64,000 nt of DNA from Candidatus Obscuribacteraceae bacterium (GTDB lineage Bacteria > Cyanobacteriota > Vampirovibrionia > Obscuribacterales > Obscuribacteraceae), in the NCBI GenBank assembly GCA_044226015.1, contig JBGAHS010000005.1, positions 576,001 to 640,000 of the forward strand, read 5' to 3'. Below, piece after piece: positions 54,802-64,000 of this stretch. Made by a program: the position numbers and the translations under genes. Under the pieces are notes generated by a model, which saw nothing but the letters and a program-made list of their open reading frames with translations, ran no database searches and was not told the origin of the DNA. Numbering within the stretch: the first letter of the stretch is position 1; each line of letters opens with the position of its first letter.

Positions 54802-55693
54802 TATCCCATTATGGCGATTCTCAACCATGAAAGTGGGCGGCGAAGCGCAGCGCTTTTGCCAGCCTCAATCAGCTGAAGAGCTGGTTGAACTCATTGATAA
54901 GTTGAATCGCGATGGTGAGCCATGGCATATTCTGGGTGGTGGCTCGAATACCTTGATTTCATCGGAGGGCGTTGAGGGCTGCGTCATACGCATGACTCAA
55001 ATGACCAAACTTAGTACTCCAGAGCAAGACGTCATTGTTGCTGATGCCGGCACGCGTTTGCCTCATCTAGCAAAATACGCTGCTGGGCTCGGCTTGTCTG
55101 GTCTGGAGTTTGCTGTTGGTATTCCTGGCACCGTTGGTGGTGCTGTGGTGATGAATGCCGGCGCTCATGGCAGTTGCATGGCGAATGTTGTTGAATCAGC
55201 CCTTGTGCTTGATTGCAGGACCTGTGAGATTCGCGAAGTAAGCAAAGACGATCTCAAATTTGTTTATCGCAACTCTGCGATCGACCCAGCTTCTCAGATA
55301 GTACTTTCCGCTAAGTTGCGCATGCTACCTGGCGCTGCCGATGACATTAAGAAGGTTACCGATCACAACGAGGAATATCGCTGGCGCACCCAACCCCTCG
55401 GTTGGCCTAACCTCGGAAGTACTTTCAAGAATCCTGCGCCAGATAAGACGGCGGGTTTCTTGCTTGATAAATCAGGAGCCAAAGAATTTAAAGAAGGGAA
55501 CGCTGCGGTTTCAGCAATCCATGCGAATTTCGTCATCAATTTGGGTGGTGCTTCCACAAAAGAAGTGGTGACATTGTTGCGAAGAATGCAAGACGTTGTG
55601 CAAGAGCGTCACGGGTTGCGCTTGCATCCCGAATGGAAGACTCTGGGAACTTTTTCGGAAAACATATCAGAGATATGGGATGGTGAATCATGA
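54785..55693 (+). CDS. murB: UDP-N-acetylenolpyruvoylglucosamine reductase
   Basis: KVGGEA, GGGSN, GIPGTVGGAVVMNAGA, YRNS, GSTFKNP, HANF. Confidence 0.97.
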   Translation: MELTTNIPLWRFSTMKVGGEAQRFCQPQSAEELVELIDKLNRDGEPWHILGGGSNTLISSEGVEGCVIRMTQMTKLSTPEQDVIVADAGTRLPHLAKYAAGLGLSGLEFAVGIPGTVGGAVVMNAGAHGSCMANVVESALVLDCRTCEIREVSKDDLKFVYRNSAIDPASQIVLSAKLRMLPGAADDIKKVTDHNEEYRWRTQPLGWPNLGSTFKNPAPDKTAGFLLDKSGAKEFKEGNAAVSAIHANFVINLGGASTKEVVTLLRRMQDVVQERHGLRLHPEWKTLGTFSENISEIWDGES

Positions 55694-56673
55694 AACAGTC
55701 GGAAAAAATCACGAAGAAAAGCAAGATAGCAGTATTATGTGGCGGATTGTCGAACGAGCGTGAGGTATCACTTCGTTCTGGAAGCAATTGCTTGGCTGCA
55801 CTCAAGCGTCTCGGTTACGAAAATGCTGAGTCGATAGATGTGAATAAGGATCTGTCGGAACAACTTAAGAAGCATGGCACCGAATTTGCGTTCATGGCAT
55901 TGCATGGTAAATACGGTGAAGACGGCGCAGTTCAAGGCATGCTTGAGCTGCTTGGAATACCCTACACCGGTTCAGGTGTGCTGGCTAGCGCTGTTGCGAT
56001 GAGCAAACCTTTGACCAAGAATTTGTTGGCAGCTAACAATATTCCATACGCACCAACAATAATAATCAGCGAAAGAGAACGAGAAACAGTAGACAGCATT
56101 GTTGCTTCAGTTGATTGGTTGCCCGCGATGGTAAAGCCATTGAATGAGGGCTCTTCGGTCGGTGTTGTGAAAGTTGAGGACAAGTCTGAGATCAAGACAA
56201 AGGTTGTTGAAACTCTAGACCAGTATGGTGGCGTTCTTCTGGAGAAGTACATCAAAGGTCAGGAGATCACTGTAGGTGTGCTGGAAGAGAGCCCAGAAAC
56301 TCGTAATGGTAAGGATATTTGGGCGTTGCCGATTCTCGAGTTGCGTCCAAAATCGAAAGCTGGCTTTTATGACTACGAAGCGAAATACACCAAGGGCATG
56401 ACTGAGTTTATTTTGCCGGCTGAACTATCGCCAGAGTTGACTAAAAAGTGTCAAGAACTCGCTGTGCAAACATTCCGTGCATTGCATTGCAGCGGTTATG
56501 CGCGGGTGGACATGATGGTGAGCGAGGACGGTCAACCTTATGTTCTTGAAGTTAATACACTGCCTGGCATGACTGATACTTCAGATCTACCTGCAATGGC
56601 CCAGGAAACTGGAATGGGATACGACCAATTAGTAGAACGTATTCTATTCAGCTGTGGATTAGATAAGTCGTAG
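55690..56673 (+). CDS. ddl: D-alanine--D-alanine ligase
   Basis: GGLSNEREVSL, LHGKYGEDG, KPLNEGSS, YDYEAKY, EVNTLPGMT. Confidence 0.97.
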   Translation: MKQSEKITKKSKIAVLCGGLSNEREVSLRSGSNCLAALKRLGYENAESIDVNKDLSEQLKKHGTEFAFMALHGKYGEDGAVQGMLELLGIPYTGSGVLASAVAMSKPLTKNLLAANNIPYAPTIIISERERETVDSIVASVDWLPAMVKPLNEGSSVGVVKVEDKSEIKTKVVETLDQYGGVLLEKYIKGQEITVGVLEESPETRNGKDIWALPILELRPKSKAGFYDYEAKYTKGMTEFILPAELSPELTKKCQELAVQTFRALHCSGYARVDMMVSEDGQPYVLEVNTLPGMTDTSDLPAMAQETGMGYDQLVERILFSCGLDKS

Positions 56674-57105
56674 CACTTCGGACTGGATAAGTTCCAATTG
56701 TGGAAAAATTTTGGCATTCCAAAAGCTTGCGGGAAAAATGAATAGCTGACCCTTCCGATGATTGAGCTTCCGATTGAGCATTGCGATCAGCGATCAACTC
56801 GCGATATTGAAAAAGCTGCCGCGTTCTTCATCGTACATTTGAAATTTGAAAGTTATTTGAAAACATTGTGATGGAGTTTAAAGTGGTATCACTTTTATAC
56901 AATCGTATGCCAAAATTTTGCCATATTTCTGAACTAAGCTCAGTAATGTGCCGAATTCTATCGACTTGAAACTGCTGTCATTAGCGGGGTTGCGGAGATT
57001 CGTTCGGTGTTATCAATCACTCTTAAAGTGATATGTGAAATATTGGTACCTCTTTCTGAAAAACCAAGTCAGAAGAATTTCACAATACAAAATAACAGTT
57101 TGCGA

Positions 57106-57294
57106 TCAGCGGCTTCTGATGAGGATCATAGGCTTTAATACGATGCAAAAGAAAAAGATACCCGAGAGAACTATCACATCGAATTTTGGTGGCACTAGCT
57201 TGTTTGTCAAAATTCCAACAACCACTAGAACGATGGAAACCCAGTATAGGACCTCATCCAGGTATTCAATCTTTGCGCGAAAGCGAGTTCTCAT
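57106..57294 (-). CDS. Small two-TM membrane protein
   Basis: 62 aa, GGAGA SD, two hydrophobic helices. Confidence 0.55.
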   Translation of the reverse strand: MRTRFRAKIEYLDEVLYWVSIVLVVVGILTNKLVPPKFDVIVLSGIFFFCIVLKPMILIRSR

Positions 57295-57486
57295 TCAATA
57301 GTCTCCGGTGGATATATGGCCCATTGCCTTCGCCAATCTTCATTGAGTATGTATCGAAAACGAGGAACTTGCAACAGCTTGACATTCGTAATTCTACCTG
57401 TGTGGCGGCAAAGCAGTGGTACAACTACGCACCTTTCACAGCTGCATTTTTCCACATTCATAATCTAGCGATATTGTTAGTTTGGC

Positions 57487-58539
57487 TTAATCAGCGCGTT
57501 TTCCGAGATTGCCAAACCAATTCTTGAATTTATCCACTAATTTGGGCGTGCCACCAGATTCGGTGTCATCGTATTCGTCGTCATCTGCGTCTTCATCGTT
57601 GGAAAATCTACGACGTGAGCGTTTATGAATCTTGTCAATCTCAGCCTCGTATTCAGCCTCGGCATCCATGTTTAAGTCAGGAATTTCGAATTCAGGATGC
57701 AGCTGTTGGTATATGCGGAACAGTTCGAACTGTACAGCCCTCGCGGAAGGCGGGCGGTCATCTTTGTCCTGCGCCGTTAATTCAGTTATTAACGCAGCAA
57801 GATCCGGCATGATCTCCGAGTTGTACTTTCGAGGATCGCACGGCGTTAGTGGTTTAGGCCGCACACCGGTTAGCAAATGATGCATGGTGGCTCCCAATGA
57901 GTAGAGATCGCCGCAGGGTTCTGGTTTACCAAAATATTGCTCGGGTGGTGAGTAACCCGAGGTAACTACTCTTGTCGCAGGACCATCCTTAGGAGTATCA
58001 CGGGCGATACCAAAATCGATGAACACCACCAGTCCATCCGGTTTCAGCATCAAATTGCTTGGTTTGATATCTCGGTAAATAATTGGAGGGTCCGCCGAGT
58101 GTAAATATTCGAGGACATCACAGCACTGAATCGCAATTCGAAGAACCGTATCGGAACTGAGAGTCGACTCGCGTTGAAGTAGCTCTTCAAGATTCTTACC
58201 TTCGATGTATTCCATAACAACGTAGTAACCATTTTCGTTCTCAGAATAATGGTCGGCCAGATATTTGACGATGCCGCGATGATTCAGTTTGTGCAAAAAT
58301 TCGGCTTCACGCTGGCCCATGCGTAGCATTTCAGCTTGTGCCTGCAAGTCACCCTTTTTGTTGTTGAAGATCTTTTTGATTACGCAAGGCGCGTGCCCAT
58401 TCGACTTATCTTCGACAAGATAGACTTCGCCCATGCCACCACTTCCCAGTGGTTGTATAAACTCGAACCGGTCGAACCACGGGTCGGTAAGAAAATCATC
58501 GTCGTCGTCGTCAAGGTCCATTTTCGTCAGCATGTCCAC
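57487..58539 (-). CDS. Cytoplasmic Ser/Thr protein kinase with acidic termini
   Basis: LGSGGMGEVY, VIKK, YRDIKPSN, DFG, YSPPEQ, DLYSLG. Confidence 0.9.
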   Translation of the reverse strand: MDMLTKMDLDDDDDDFLTDPWFDRFEFIQPLGSGGMGEVYLVEDKSNGHAPCVIKKIFNNKKGDLQAQAEMLRMGQREAEFLHKLNHRGIVKYLADHYSENENGYYVVMEYIEGKNLEELLQRESTLSSDTVLRIAIQCCDVLEYLHSADPPIIYRDIKPSNLMLKPDGLVVFIDFGIARDTPKDGPATRVVTSGYSPPEQYFGKPEPCGDLYSLGATMHHLLTGVRPKPLTPCDPRKYNSEIMPDLAALITELTAQDKDDRPPSARAVQFELFRIYQQLHPEFEIPDLNMDAEAEYEAEIDKIHKRSRRRFSNDEDADDDEYDDTESGGTPKLVDKFKNWFGNLGKRAD

Positions 58540-59001
58540 TACATAGTAGCTTTCATATTTAACCCAAAAAACGGCTCAAACTAACTATCTAGCCTGGCAT
58601 TTGCCACATTTTGAAATACGAATTGAAATCGAAAGCGGCTGTATATGCAGTTGCTGTAGTGCAGTACTCCTGTAGTACTCTTCCTGTGCCCAGTAGGCGG
58701 TCGTACTTATCCTGTCTGGCTCAGCGTTATTCAAACTGACTCGCAGTCTTGATTCTTGGAATCGATGCGAATGATTGAGAAGCTACTCGTATGTATGTGT
58801 ACCATACACGCGTTCTTGACAAGTCGGTCCCGCTAATGTTAGTACAGGCGGTCGTTTCAGAAATTTTTCCAGGCGAAAAGAAAATGATTGACATACGGAT
58901 GTATGGGTGTTATCTTTTTCCCATCTCCCCAATTTAACTAACCAATCTAAAGAAGCGGCATCGGGTACGATGCAGCTCCATTTTTGCCGGAGGAATTTAC
59001 A

Positions 59002-59475
59002 ATGAGCATGAGCAATATATCCATAGTGGGGAACCTCGCCAGAGCACCCGAGCAAATCTGTTTCGCGTCAGGCAAAATCAAGACTGTTTTGGTTGTGGCG
59101 GTGGATGGTCAAAAAAGTCCAGATAAAAGCAAAACTGAAACTGATTTCTACAAAGTTGAGACATGGGGAAGGCTTGCTGAACTCGCACAGAAGTATCTCA
59201 ATAAGGGTCAACAAATTGGAATTTCTGGAAGGCTGATTATGGAACATTGGACTGACCGGGAAGGGCAAGAGCGCCTGACACCGGTAGTCTCAGCTACTCA
59301 ACTTTCCTTCCCACAAAGAATGAATAAACCTTCTCTAGTTTCCTCCGGTTCTGAAAAATCGAATGAGGACTACGACGATGGAAGTGAATTGTTTGAAGGA
59401 GCCCGCGCGATAACCGTAGCGGAACCACCCGCATATTACTTTAAAGCCAGACCTCGCCTCCACGCTGTTCGCTAA
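59002..59475 (+). CDS. ssb: Single-stranded DNA-binding protein (atypical C-terminus)
   Basis: IVGNL..PE, ETDFY....WG.LAE....YL.KG......GRL....W.D..G; GGAGG SD before ATG 59002. Confidence 0.85.
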   Translation: MSMSNISIVGNLARAPEQICFASGKIKTVLVVAVDGQKSPDKSKTETDFYKVETWGRLAELAQKYLNKGQQIGISGRLIMEHWTDREGQERLTPVVSATQLSFPQRMNKPSLVSSGSEKSNEDYDDGSELFEGARAITVAEPPAYYFKARPRLHAVR

Positions 59476-59975
59476 TCGCATCCTGCTGCGATCACACACA
59501 CACAGACTTACCTGAACAAAAGGAGTAGAAGGGAATGAGAACCACGACCACAAGGAGGAAAATGCGCTCAGAAATGAATGCTTATTGCCGACCGCCTTAG
59601 GCGGGATCAGGCAGGTCGCATCCAAGCATTGAGTTGATGAGTCGCACTTTTGCTTAAGCCGATTTGGCTCCAATATGATCAAAAAAATGCTTGCTTGCAA
59701 TAACCTGTCTTCAAAGTGGTGGCGCGCGATTGATGTATCGCTGTTATAACCTTCGAGACTTGCATCCTTGCCCTCTCTACATGGTTTCTTGCACAGCATC
59801 CCGCGACATTTCGCGCGCGATCACTTTAAGGACAGGCTTCTTCTCTCCGAGTTCGAATCGCTGTCGGAAGGCTTCGGTATCGAGCCTACTGGACCTCCTC
59901 TTGATGACTGTTTGACGTTAATTCGTTGGGCTTCTAACATAGTAAGCTCCATCAAGCGCAAAGCCATCAGGGTGA

Positions 59976-62294
59976 ATGAATAAGAACGGAATTATTCTTG
60001 CAGCAGTTATTCTGCTCACGTTTGCGATCGTCGCAGCTTTTGTATGTCTCAGAAAAGGCAAAATACCAGATGCATCAATCAGCGTTCCTCAGACTCTGAA
60101 AGTTGAATTCGGTGATGCACTCTTTCATTCTTTGCTGAAGGCATCATCCAAGCTAGACTTGACGGCTTCTGGAGTTTTAGCTGCAGAAAAAGCTAGCATC
60201 GAAAAACGTCAAATTCGAGTGGACGATGGAACAGAATTCAGAATATCTGTTTCTGTCGATGTTGCAGATGATGGAGCGATCAATTTAGAAAAGAGCAGGG
60301 GCTTTTTGAGTTTCTCCAAACCTGTTTTTGTTGACGAAATTCCTATGCCTACGAAAATTGAACTGCAAAACTCCCAGGTGCAGTTTGATATGCTCCTCTA
60401 TTGCAGAAAGCTTGTTGGAAGCGTAGTTCAAAGCGTGATGCAAGCGCCAGTTAGTGAATCGGTTGAAAAAAAGCTGCCTCGTCAATTCATTTCTAAACTA
60501 AGCATCCCTGAACTTAACTTGCAACTAAGAGATGGTAGTGAAATCAGTCGTGACGCTAATCATATCAAGATTGGCGATGCTTGTTCAATTCAATTTAAGG
60601 ACATTGTTTTTGCTGAACCGCAAAACTGGAGTGGTCATCTTCTGAGTAACTTGCACTTGCTGAAGGGGTCGGTATTAAAAGAGCAGAACTTGGAGATCGA
60701 ACCTCATAACGAATCATTCATAACTGCCGCTTTGGATGCAGAATCCAGGAATGGGCAACTTCATATTTCTATTCCGAATGGTACCAAAAGTGATACCGTA
60801 ATCGGACCCTTTGACATAAAGCAAATAAAAGAAAAGCAGAGTATAAAGCTAAGCGAGGTAAAACTCTCACTTTCTAAGCTCGATTGTACTTACAACCCGA
60901 ATAATTCCTCTGCAAAGGGAAACGCTGATGGAACTTTGATGGTTGGCGGAGGCTTAAGTTATAGAGATGGTGAAGTAGAACTTCAGAGCGACCCTGCAAA
61001 AGCAATCAATCTTCCCTTTCAATTAGAGCAAGATAAAGGTATTAGCATTTCTAGTGCTAAAGACTGGATTTTGCCAGCAGCCACACTTTCGGACACAAGT
61101 GCTTCTGGTGCAAAAATTAGCATAAGCACAAACTCACTGACACTTCGACCGTTTGAGTTGTCGGCTGCAGGGGTGCCTTCTGTTGATCTTCAAGGTCTCG
61201 AATTTTCACCTCGTTCAATTTCCTATTTCAACGGAAAAACAACTACGTCTGTTGATCTCACTGACTCTAAAGTTGCTACCAGTTCACCGCTCAGTGTGGT
61301 CAGAGACTCCGAAGTTGCGCGCTTCGCTCCAATAAAATTAGATTTTTCAGGAGCCAAAATTGTGGTTCTGCGAGACGCGAACGAGGCAGTGCGTTTTGAC
61401 AAAATTGCTGGATCCATTGAAGGGCGTTCTGACGGTAAGAGAGCAAATATCGACCTCAAACTTGATGCTATTGCCAGTCCCAAGAAAATTGGCTTTGGAA
61501 ACATCGAACTCAAGATTCGTAAAGCCGCAATATCTGGTAGCGAAAAAGAGCAGTCTCTGGCACTAGACGATTGTGCAATCCTGATCGCTAAGTCTGAACT
61601 CGAAAAAACTATAAGCAAGCTGATTCCAGGCGCGATTTCACATTCCATGGACGCTACTTTCAACAAGGAGATTCCGTTGCGATGGAAAAATCCGACCCTG
61701 AAACAAATCGATATTGAGAATCTAAAAGTAGGTTCTATCGACCTGGTAGATAACGGTGCAAATTTCTCTCTTTCAGCAGATGTGAAATTATCTGGTGTTG
61801 TTGATCGTGGGCGGCCGAATCTCAGCCTTGGAATTGGGGGCGGTAAATTGCATTTGCCGCATCCTCGCGCAGGCGTTTCGTATGAAACCAAGCCCTGGAG
61901 TGCGCTTGCAAAACAAGCTAAATGTGATGTGAAAAGCAAATTTTCGTTTGAGCCCGGAAAAAATCTCAGAGAGAGTTTTCTAAATGTTGTGATTGATGCC
62001 GCTCTGCCAGTGCCAGCTGACGTCACTATTGATTGGTCGCAGGTTGATGGAGTTTCCCGAGTAGAGGACTTTCTGGCTGACAAACTTCTTGAGCTTGCGC
62101 GCAGAAAATTTACCGATGGCATACCCATTCATGTGGAGAAAAAGGTTCCACTTATTGCGAAGAAAAATGGGGAATTATCGTTGCTGGGAACCAATGCAGA
62201 TAAGCGGCTAAGCAATTTGACGATATCAAAGCTAAACATAACCCCAGTTGATTCGAAGATAGAGCTGAAAGTTAGTGGCAAGATGAAACTCTAG
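59976..62294 (+). CDS. Large hypothetical protein with N-terminal membrane anchor and beta-rich body
   Basis: 772-aa ORF; hydrophobic N-terminus; alternating hydrophobic pattern. Confidence 0.7.
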   Translation: MNKNGIILAAVILLTFAIVAAFVCLRKGKIPDASISVPQTLKVEFGDALFHSLLKASSKLDLTASGVLAAEKASIEKRQIRVDDGTEFRISVSVDVADDGAINLEKSRGFLSFSKPVFVDEIPMPTKIELQNSQVQFDMLLYCRKLVGSVVQSVMQAPVSESVEKKLPRQFISKLSIPELNLQLRDGSEISRDANHIKIGDACSIQFKDIVFAEPQNWSGHLLSNLHLLKGSVLKEQNLEIEPHNESFITAALDAESRNGQLHISIPNGTKSDTVIGPFDIKQIKEKQSIKLSEVKLSLSKLDCTYNPNNSSAKGNADGTLMVGGGLSYRDGEVELQSDPAKAINLPFQLEQDKGISISSAKDWILPAATLSDTSASGAKISISTNSLTLRPFELSAAGVPSVDLQGLEFSPRSISYFNGKTTTSVDLTDSKVATSSPLSVVRDSEVARFAPIKLDFSGAKIVVLRDANEAVRFDKIAGSIEGRSDGKRANIDLKLDAIASPKKIGFGNIELKIRKAAISGSEKEQSLALDDCAILIAKSELEKTISKLIPGAISHSMDATFNKEIPLRWKNPTLKQIDIENLKVGSIDLVDNGANFSLSADVKLSGVVDRGRPNLSLGIGGGKLHLPHPRAGVSYETKPWSALAKQAKCDVKSKFSFEPGKNLRESFLNVVIDAALPVPADVTIDWSQVDGVSRVEDFLADKLLELARRKFTDGIPIHVEKKVPLIAKKNGELSLLGTNADKRLSNLTISKLNITPVDSKIELKVSGKMKL

Positions 62295-62526
62295 GCTCTC
62301 ATAAATCCCTCGAGTTTGGGTGCGAGTTATAGAGAACTGAAACCTAAGTTCTCCCAGTCGGCTTCATTTATCTGAGTCAATTGAATGGCGGCTGTGCACT
62401 TTTTCTGTCATTTTGCTGGTTCGTCCGTTTGATTCAACGCAATTCCTAAGATTAAAGCAATTTTGCGCTTAGGAAATTTTGTCTTCGGGAACGCATTACC
62501 TTGTCGACAAGTTCTTGAGGACAAGT

Positions 62527-63978
62527 ATGACCACCGATGAGCAGACCATTAGTTTGTTGACCGATTGGAGTCGCCTTCTAACTAAGGGAGTCTCAATTAA
62601 AGAGCGGCTTGATCAGGGAAAACGCGTTCGCGAGGTTCTATCGAGAAAAGACCATTCGAAGTGGAGCCCATCGAGGCACCGTGAGCCGACGGTTGACCTG
62701 CTTATGAGTCAAGACACTGGGCGAATTGAAGACCTGGTTCCTATCAAATATGGGCGGATGATGGAATCGCCTTTTGCTTTCTTTCGCGGCGCTGCCATAG
62801 TGATGGCGCATGATCTTGCTTCGATGCCTCGCACTGAATTGATGGTACAACTCTGTGGTGATTGTCATCTGTCTAATTTCGGAGTTTTCGCCACACCAGA
62901 GCGCAATGTGATTTTTGATTTGAATGATTTCGACGAGACCCTCCCAGGTTCCTTTGAGTGGGACATAAAGCGGCTTGCTGCCAGCTTTGTGATAGCTGCG
63001 CAGGACAACGGCTTCTCGCGGTCTGTCGCGGAAAAGAGCGTTCAGATTTTGGCTCGGACATATCGTGAAAAGATGGAAGAGTTTTCGGAGATGAGCACTC
63101 TCGACGTCTGGTATCATCGCATTGATTGGAATTATCTTGTTCAGCACTTGCAACGCTCAGGTAAAAAGGGCTTCGCACTTGCTGATTTGGAGAAACTAAA
63201 GGAAAAACGTAGTCATAGAGGCGCGCTTGCAAAACTCACGGAGAAATTCGATGGCGAGCTGCGAATTCGCGATAGCTTGCCACTGATATTTCATCCCGAT
63301 AAAATTACACTTGACGTGATCAAAGCTATTATGAGTTCTTACTCGAAGAGCTTATGGCAATCCAGGCGCCGCTTATTAGAGCGCTATCGTTTTGTTGATG
63401 CTGCTGTCAAAGTCGTTGGCGTTGGAAGCGTCGGTGTACTTGCTGCAGTGATGCTTCTTCATGGTGAAGGTGGCGATGACGATTACATTTTCTTGCAGTT
63501 AAAGCAGGCACTACCATCGGTGTTTGAATGGCACGTCGGTAAAAGCGAATTCTCTCACCCCGGAGAGCGAATCGTATGTGGTCAGCGCATTTTGCAATCC
63601 GCGTCCGATATGTTTCTAGGTTGGGCAAGTGGACCCGTTCGTGATTTCTATGTTCGGCAATTGATGGATGTGAAATCTTCAATTCCTGTGAGCGATCTTG
63701 ATCAACAATCATTTAAGAAGTACGCGGAGATTTGTGCCTACGCGCTGGCTCGGGCGCATGCGCGAACTGGCGACCCGATTCAGTTATATGGTTATCTTGG
63801 GCGCAGCGAGATGTTCGATGAGGCACTTGTGAACTTTGCTTTCGCTTACGCAAAGCAAAATGAAAAAGATTACGAGGCACTTGTGAAAGGAATCAAGGCG
63901 GGGAAGATCCGAGCGGTTCCAGAGGAAGAGCTGAAGCAGCCTACCATTCATTTCGAGAGAGGGCTGGGACAGCATTAA
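62527..63978 (+). CDS. DUF2252 family protein (kinase-like)
   Basis: LVPIKYGRM.ESPFAFFRG, CGDCHLSNFG, FDLNDFDE, KVVGVGSVG, LQLKQA, DFYVRQL, LARAHARTGD; start placed at ATG 62527 behind GAGG. Confidence 0.9.
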   Translation: MTTDEQTISLLTDWSRLLTKGVSIKERLDQGKRVREVLSRKDHSKWSPSRHREPTVDLLMSQDTGRIEDLVPIKYGRMMESPFAFFRGAAIVMAHDLASMPRTELMVQLCGDCHLSNFGVFATPERNVIFDLNDFDETLPGSFEWDIKRLAASFVIAAQDNGFSRSVAEKSVQILARTYREKMEEFSEMSTLDVWYHRIDWNYLVQHLQRSGKKGFALADLEKLKEKRSHRGALAKLTEKFDGELRIRDSLPLIFHPDKITLDVIKAIMSSYSKSLWQSRRRLLERYRFVDAAVKVVGVGSVGVLAAVMLLHGEGGDDDYIFLQLKQALPSVFEWHVGKSEFSHPGERIVCGQRILQSASDMFLGWASGPVRDFYVRQLMDVKSSIPVSDLDQQSFKKYAEICAYALARAHARTGDPIQLYGYLGRSEMFDEALVNFAFAYAKQNEKDYEALVKGIKAGKIRAVPEEELKQPTIHFERGLGQH

Positions 63979-64000
63979 CTGTGGAGAATGGCATTACCAT

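Noticed and set aside
56880..57035. Short palindromes AAAGTG-GTAT-CACTTT and ATCAC-TCTTAAA-GTGAT
   Set aside because: Could be operator sites, but they are too short to separate from chance and no adjacent target is evident
59768..59983. 71-aa TTG-start ORF overlapping the start of 59976
   Set aside because: No SD or recognisable motif; not supportable as a gene
705..63975. Numerous antisense and nested ORFs in the track (e.g. 18758, 43495, 61223)
   Set aside because: Shadow frames of well-supported genes

Overview
Gene-dense bacterial chromosomal segment in the standard code, with TGA used as a stop. The many Ser/Thr kinases, TPR fusions and Gly-rich orphans suggest Melainabacteria/Vampirovibrionia (Obscuribacterales-like); this is inference only. 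Housekeeping genes: proC, rpiB, uppP, rsmI, rpsT, murC-murB-ddl and an ssb paralogue. Carbohydrate genes: GDE-type glucosidase, GH63-like, GH14 beta-amylase fusion, sugar MFS, GH43 and GT4. Also present are a six-gene desaturase/CFA-methyltransferase/DUF1365 lipid-modification operon, a solitary DNA adenine methyltransferase and several signalling proteins. No rRNA, tRNA, CRISPR-cas or transposase was recognised. Best finding: a non-coding block at about 33.5-35.4 kb holds six tandem sibling small-RNA-like units. Each has its own TCAC-N7-TCAC-N11-TAnnnT promoter and a related terminator hairpin; five of six share a CCTCAAGCAACCAACCAA core. The block lies beside an OmpR-family regulator and an internally duplicated histidine kinase, and the same promoter box precedes four orphan genes. 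Second finding: an msrA missed by the ORF track has TGA at its catalytic Cys codon (G-U-F-W-G) and is a probable selenoprotein.
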